From Dehalococcoidia bacterium (GTDB lineage Bacteria; Chloroflexota; Dehalococcoidia; Lucifugimonadales; CBDCYU01): a stretch of DNA of 64,000 nucleotides. Positions 58,792 to 64,000 of this stretch are shown in pieces (the first letter of the stretch is position 1; the number at the start of each line of letters is the position of its first letter). The stretch covers positions 343,936 to 407,935 of the forward strand of contig CBDCYU010000003.1 of NCBI GenBank assembly GCA_965224345.1, read 5' to 3'. The notes below the pieces were generated by a model that saw only the letters and a list, made by a program, of their open reading frames with translations, was not told the origin of the DNA and ran no database searches. The position numbers and the translations under genes are program-made.

Positions 58792-60344
58792 GACACCGCC
58801 GCCAGGGCGCCCAGGAGGTCCCTAACCCCCACGTCGATCACTCGAATGAACGGAAAGGGGAACAGTCCCACCAGGAATATGAAGCCGACCAGCACCGCCG
58901 CGGAGAAGCGCTCCACCGGCAGGGCGTCGGTCTGCTCTCTCCACTGCTCCGCCAGTGGCCCGAAGAAGACCTTGGCCAGCAGCCTGAGGATGTAGACTGC
59001 CGTTATTCCGGCGCCGACGATCCCCAGGATGCCCAGTACCGGGCCCATGAGGCCGTAGCTCTGGAATAGGCCAAGGAAGACCAGGAGCTCGGCGACGAAC
59101 CCGCTGAGCCCCGGAAGCCCCAGGGAGGCAAGGCCGGCCACCGTAAAGAAGGCCGCCGTGAACCCCATCCGCTTGGCCAATCCCTCCAGGACAGTTATAT
59201 CCCTCGTGTGGGTCCGGTCGTAGATGACGCCAACCACGGCGAAGAAGAGAGCCGTCATGATCCCGTGGGAGAACATCTGCAGTACGGCGCCGCTCACGCC
59301 CAACTGGTGCAGCGTGGCGATCCCCATCAGAACGTAGCCCATGTGGCTGACGCTAGAGTAGCCAATCACGTACTTCAGGTCCCGCTGCCCCGTGGCCGAC
59401 CAGGCCCCGTACAGGACGTTCACCGTTCCCAGGCCTATGAGCACCGGCATCCAGTCCTCGGCGCCCTCCGGGAGTATCTGGACTCCCAGCCGGAGGATTC
59501 CGAAGGCGCCGAGCTTCATCAGGACGCCGGCGTGGACCATGCTCACCCCCGTCGGGGCCGCCACGTGGCCGTCGGGCGACCAGGTGTGGAAGGGCCACAT
59601 CCCCGCCAGCACGCCGAAGCCGACCATCAGCAGCGGGAAGAATATGCGTTGGAAGCTCTCCGAGAATACCACCTGGCTCCTGTCGGACAGGTCCGGGATG
59701 CTGAAGGTGCCCAGGCCCCCCTCCACGAATATCGCCAGGATCGCGATCCATATCAGCACGCTGCCGGCCACCAGGTAGATGGTCAGCTTCATGGCGCCGT
59801 ACTCTTTGGTGCGGCTGAAGGTTGGGAACACGCTGCTGCTGCCCCACACGCCGATCAGCAGGTACATGGGCAGCACCGCCAGCTCGTAGAAGAAGAAGAA
59901 GAAGAACATGTCCAGGGTGACAAAGACGCCGAAGACACCCGAGAGCAGCAGGAAGTAGAGGACGAAGAAGTCCTTGTTCCGCTCCTTGATTGTCCACGAG
60001 ACCAGCACGCCCGTGAACATAACGATCCCCGTGAGAAGCACCATGGGGGCGGAGATGCCGTCCAAGCCCAGGGTCAGGGAAATGCCCTTCTCGGCCAGCA
60101 CCCCGGCGCCGGGCAGCTCCAGCCAGGCCCAGGTCCGCGTGAGCTGCATGCCCCCGACGTCGCGGTACTCCAGGTAGTACACCAGGAAGGAGTAGAAGCC
60201 CAGGAGCATCAGCGTAAAGGCGAAGGCCGTGGCCGTCACCCGGACCAGGTGCGGCCGGTACACCGGAATGAGCATGATCGTCACCGCTCCCACCAGGGGC
60301 AGGACGATCATCATGAACAGAACGTAGCTGTCGAAGGTCTCCAT
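58788..60344 (-). CDS. nuoM: NADH-quinone oxidoreductase subunit M (operon 2)
   Basis: LGLDGIS, FYELAVLPMY, PFHTWSPDGHVAAPT, LMKLG, LGLPGLSGFVAE. Confidence 0.94.
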
Positions 60345-62225
60345 CTAGGCCCGCACCATCCACAATAGGAGGGCCATCCCGAAGGTCCCCAGCGCCATGG
60401 CCATGCCGTAGTTGTAAAGCCGTCCGCTCTGAGCTAGCTTGAGGCGTTGGGCGGAGAGCCACACCGAGAACGCCGAGCCGTCCACGGCCGTGTCGTTGAC
60501 GACGACGCGGTCGAACAGCGCCACGAACCTGCCGAAGGCCAGCACCACGCGATCGATCACCCACTGGTAGAGCTCGTCCACGTAGTACTTGTTGACAAGC
60601 ACCCTGTGCGCGAAGGCGTACCGGCTCGCCACGGCCTGGTGCGATATCCGGCCTTTCCAATAAGTGAGCCCCCCAAGAGCGACTCCCGTCAGGGCCAGCA
60701 CCAGCGCAGACGCGCTCAACCAAGGCGTGATGTGAAACTTCGCGCCGCCAGCCGAGAGGGGCTGGTCCTGGAGAAGGAACTTCCCGAAGCCCTGGTAGGC
60801 CTCCGTCCAGTTGAAGACGACGAGGCTGACGGCCAGCGCCAGGAAAGCAAGCAGCGCCAGCGGCGCCGTCATCAGCAGCGGCGACTCGTGCCGGTGCTCG
60901 TTCTCCGGCTTCAGCGGGCCGTAGAAGACCACCAGGGTGACGCGGGCCATGTAGAGGGCGCTGAGGAGCACCGCCGCCAGCGCAACCACCAGGAACACCG
61001 GGCCGCGGTGGTCCAGGACGGATAACAGCACCTCGTCCTTGCTGAAGAAGCCGCTGAACGGCACGATGCCGGCTAGCGAGGCCGCTCCGATGGCGAAGGT
61101 TATCGCCGTGACGGGCATGCGCTTTCGCAGGCCCCCCATCTTCCAGATCTCGGTCTCGTCGTCGAGGCTGTGCATCACGCTCCCCGCGCCCAGGAACAGC
61201 AGCGCCTTCGACACCCCGTGGGCCACCAGGTGCAGTATGGCCGCGGCCACCCCAAGGGCGCCCAAGGAGAGCATCATCAGCCCCAGGTGGCTGACCGTCG
61301 AATAGGCCAGCACCCTCTTTATGTCGGTTGCCGTAAGGGCAAGGGTGCCGGCGAATACGAAGGTGAAGAGACCGACCCCGGCAACTAAGACCAGCACGGC
61401 GGGAGTGAGCTCGAACAGCGGCATCATGCGGGCTACGAGGTAGATGCCCGCCGCGACCATGGTGGCGGCGTGGATGAGGGCGCTGACCGGAGTCGGGCCC
61501 TCCATGGCGTCGGGCAGCCAGACGTGGAAGGGGAACTGGGCCGACTTGCCCATCGCCCCGACGAAGATCAAGACCGCCGAGGCGTTGAGCACGGCCTGGC
61601 TCATCCCGCCCGACTTGGCCACGTGGAAGATGGTCGAGATATCAAAGGTGCCCACCTCCCTAAAGAGGAGGAGGATCCCGACCAAGAGCGCCACGTCGCC
61701 CATGCGCGTGGTGATGAACGCCTTCTTCGCCGCCTCGGCCGCCGAGCGCCGCTCGTACCAGAAGCCTATGAGAAGGTACGACCCAAGCCCCACCAGCTCC
61801 CAGGATATGTACAGGAACAGCAGGTTGTCGGCCAGGACCAGGGCCAGCATCGCCGCCGCGAACAGGGAGTGTGCCGCGAAGTACCATCCGAAGCGCGGGT
61901 CGCCCCTCATATACTCCAATGAGTAGACCTGCACCAGGAGCGCGACGAAGGTCACGAGGCCTAGCATCGTCACGGAAAGCCGGTCGACCAGGACGCCCCA
62001 CGTAATCCGTGTGTCCCCCACCGGCAGCCAGTTGATCGCCATGGAGCCCGGTCCGCTCTCCAGCAGGTCGACTAGGACGAACCAAAAGAGGACGAAACCC
62101 AGGAGTATCGCGGCTATCGAGATGAAGGCCCCTCGACCCGGGAGGAACCTTCCCAGCAGCACGATGAGGAAAAAGGCGCAAGCGCTGAGGGCCGGAATCA
62201 CCCAGGCCCACTCAATGCCTACCAT
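60345..62225 (-). CDS. nuoL: NADH-quinone oxidoreductase subunit L (operon 2)
   Basis: WELVGLGSYLLIGFW, GKSAQFPFHVWLPDAMEGPTPVSALIHAATMV. Confidence 0.96.
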   Translation of the reverse strand: MVGIEWAWVIPALSACAFFLIVLLGRFLPGRGAFISIAAILLGFVLFWFVLVDLLESGPGSMAINWLPVGDTRITWGVLVDRLSVTMLGLVTFVALLVQVYSLEYMRGDPRFGWYFAAHSLFAAAMLALVLADNLLFLYISWELVGLGSYLLIGFWYERRSAAEAAKKAFITTRMGDVALLVGILLLFREVGTFDISTIFHVAKSGGMSQAVLNASAVLIFVGAMGKSAQFPFHVWLPDAMEGPTPVSALIHAATMVAAGIYLVARMMPLFELTPAVLVLVAGVGLFTFVFAGTLALTATDIKRVLAYSTVSHLGLMMLSLGALGVAAAILHLVAHGVSKALLFLGAGSVMHSLDDETEIWKMGGLRKRMPVTAITFAIGAASLAGIVPFSGFFSKDEVLLSVLDHRGPVFLVVALAAVLLSALYMARVTLVVFYGPLKPENEHRHESPLLMTAPLALLAFLALAVSLVVFNWTEAYQGFGKFLLQDQPLSAGGAKFHITPWLSASALVLALTGVALGGLTYWKGRISHQAVASRYAFAHRVLVNKYYVDELYQWVIDRVVLAFGRFVALFDRVVVNDTAVDGSAFSVWLSAQRLKLAQSGRLYNYGMAMALGTFGMALLLWMVRA

Positions 62226-62241
62226 CTACCTCTCATCTCGC

Positions 62242-62565
62242 TCACCACTTCATCAGGTCGGTCTCGTCCACGTTCACCGAGGAGCGGTTTCTGTACAGGC
62301 GCAGGATTATGGCCATCGCTAGGGCCAGCTCCGCGGCGGCGATTGTGATGACGAAGATGACGATCACCTGCCCCAGGGGACGCGCGGACTCGGGGTCCGC
62401 GAAGTCGGCGAAGGCAGCATAGCCCACCAGGTTGATGTTGACCGCGTTCAGCATTAGCTCGATGGACATCAGGATGAGGACCGCGCTCCTCCTGGCCAGA
62501 ACGCCGTACATACCGATGCAGAAGAGCGCCGCGCCCAGTATCTGGACGTGAGCGAGCTCGATCAC
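62242..62565 (-). CDS. nuoK: NADH-quinone oxidoreductase subunit K (operon 2)
   Basis: LMSIELMLNAVNIN, GQVIVIFVITIAAAE. Confidence 0.95.
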   Translation of the reverse strand: MIELAHVQILGAALFCIGMYGVLARRSAVLILMSIELMLNAVNINLVGYAAFADFADPESARPLGQVIVIFVITIAAAELALAMAIILRLYRNRSSVNVDETDLMKW

Positions 62566-63062
62566 TCTCGCCCTCCGGTGCTCCTCACCAGCACGATCGC
62601 CCCGATGAGGGCCACCAACAGCACCAGGGACGCAACCTCAAAGGGGACGGCCCACTGCACGAACAGGCTGTCGCCCAGGGCCTCGAAGCTAACCGCCTGC
62701 CTCGAGTCCGCGACGCGGACTTCCGTCCCGACGATGCCGGCTACCAGGAGCCCGAACACCGCGACGGCCACGGCCGCCGATATCGGCCACTGCCGATGGT
62801 CGGACAGGTGCTCGAAGTCCTGTATCCGCGTGAGCATCAGCGCGAACAGCACGACGATGACGATGGCCCCGCCGTAGATCAGGACCTGCACCAGCGCCAG
62901 GAACTCCGCGAACAGCATCAGGAAGATCCCCGCGACGCCCAGCAGGGCGACCAGCAGCGCGAAGGCTGCGTAGACGATGTTGCGGGTCATTACGACCCCG
63001 AGGGCGCCGCCGATCGTGAGCGCCCCCGCGAGGTAGAAGAGGACTAACGAGGGTGTGACCAT
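62562..63062 (-). CDS. nuoJ: NADH-quinone oxidoreductase subunit J (operon 2)
   Basis: AEFLALVQVLIYGGAI, PFEVASLVLLVALIGA. Confidence 0.94.
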   Translation of the reverse strand: MVTPSLVLFYLAGALTIGGALGVVMTRNIVYAAFALLVALLGVAGIFLMLFAEFLALVQVLIYGGAIVIVVLFALMLTRIQDFEHLSDHRQWPISAAVAVAVFGLLVAGIVGTEVRVADSRQAVSFEALGDSLFVQWAVPFEVASLVLLVALIGAIVLVRSTGGRE

Positions 63063-63646
63063 CACTCTGGGGAGGCTGCCCGCCCTGTATCTCTGCGGGC
63101 GCCGCCGGCGGCCTTGGCCTTCGGGGCCGCAGTCTTCGGGGCCGCAGCCTTCTTGACCGGCACGCCGCTGTTCTTCTTGGGCTGCTTCGGCTTCCAAGCG
63201 CTCTCCGCCTGGTAAGCGGTCCCCATCTTCAGGAGCTGCTGGAGCTCGACCCGGTTGCCGTTTCGCTGGTACTTGCTCAGCTCGTGGTCGTAGCTCATCT
63301 CGATGGCGTCGAAGTTGCACACGTCCACGCAGATACCGCACAGTATGCACCGGCCCAGGTTGATCTCGAACTCGTCGATGATCTTGCGCCGTCTGCTCTT
63401 CTCCTCGGCGTGGAGGGGGTTGTCCTTCATCGTGGCGCTCATGCACTGGGTGGGGCAGTCCCGAATACAGACCATGCACCCGGTGCAGTAGGGCTCGCTC
63501 ACGTCGTAGTCCCAGGTCAGAGCGGGGAAGCCCATGTACCGGTCGGCGACCGCCAGCCGCTTGCCCGGCTCTGGGTATTGGGCCGTGACGGGGCGGCGCA
63601 GCGTCGTCTTGAGGGTGACTATGAGCCCTTCGAGGAAACCTATCAT
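63062..63646 (-). CDS. nuoI: NADH-quinone oxidoreductase subunit I (operon 2)
   Basis: CTGCMVCIRDCP and CILCGICVDVC; Lys/Ala-rich tail. Confidence 0.93.
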   Translation of the reverse strand: MIGFLEGLIVTLKTTLRRPVTAQYPEPGKRLAVADRYMGFPALTWDYDVSEPYCTGCMVCIRDCPTQCMSATMKDNPLHAEEKSRRRKIIDEFEINLGRCILCGICVDVCNFDAIEMSYDHELSKYQRNGNRVELQQLLKMGTAYQAESAWKPKQPKKNSGVPVKKAAAPKTAAPKAKAAGGARRDTGRAASPE

Positions 63647-63652
63647 CGCAGC

Positions 63653-64000
63653 CTAACCATCCACCGTCCCGGCTCCCTGCTGAAGGGGAGGCGCCGGCTC
63701 CGGCCGTGCGATGTGCGCGGGGTGTACAGTCACCGTCATCCTCTCCATGGACGTACCCGAGTGCTTAGAGATCACGTAGAAGGTCCCAGCCAATAGTACC
63801 AGAGAGAGCAGCGTCAGCGCCCACAGTGGCCACCCGTAGAAGAGTACCACTCCGGTTATCAGGATGTTGATGAAGGAGAGCGGCACCAACAGCTTCCAGC
63901 CAAAGGCCATGAGCTGGTCTATGCGCAGCCGCGGGTACGTCCCCCTGATCCAGATGATAACCATTATCACCGCGTATATCTTCACCAGGAACCACGCCAC
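63653..64000 (-). CDS. nuoH: NADH-quinone oxidoreductase subunit H (operon 2), partial; 5' end lies outside the window
   Basis: WIRGTYPRLRIDQLMAFGWKLLVP. Confidence 0.92.
   Translation of the reverse strand: MAWFLVKIYAVIMVIIWIRGTYPRLRIDQLMAFGWKLLVPLSFINILITGVVLFYGWPLWALTLLSLVLLAGTFYVISKHSGTSMERMTVTVHPAHIARPEPAPPLQQGAGTVDG

Overview
High-GC bacterial chromosome segment. The gene content (two NuoEFG-less complex I-like operons, an LLM flavin oxidoreductase, an enolase-superfamily enzyme, PAC2 and hpnCDE) suggests Chloroflexota, possibly Dehalococcoidia/SAR202-like; this is inference, not a database result. From left to right it contains: (1) a decayed accessory stretch with an IS1182-like element (perfect TIRs and TSD), an IS5, a higBA locus with a deleted toxin and an MFS remnant; (2) pxpA-pxpB-pxpC-dedA transcribed divergently from oadG-oadB-biotin carrier; (3) an ABC exporter, a stand-alone ftsZ and several enzymes; (4) nuoA-N operon 1; (5) a single-polypeptide GAF-PAS-kinase-REC-OmpR regulator facing an array of 'secreted Cys protein + cytoplasmic partner' modules with duplicated promoters, a 161-bp MITE and an ABC/FtsX unit; (6) a polyprenyl synthase and yjbQ-hpnCDE squalene genes coupled to sugar catabolism genes; (7) nuo operon 2, running off the right edge. 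The best candidate for an undescribed system is a Na+-pumping biotin-dependent decarboxylase that has no alpha subunit in this window and may use PxpBC as its carboxyltransferase, since PxpC carries a C-terminal extension resembling the N-terminus of the neighbouring biotin carrier. The second candidate is the regulated, cassette-swapping secreted-protein/partner array. No rRNA, tRNA or CRISPR array was recognised.
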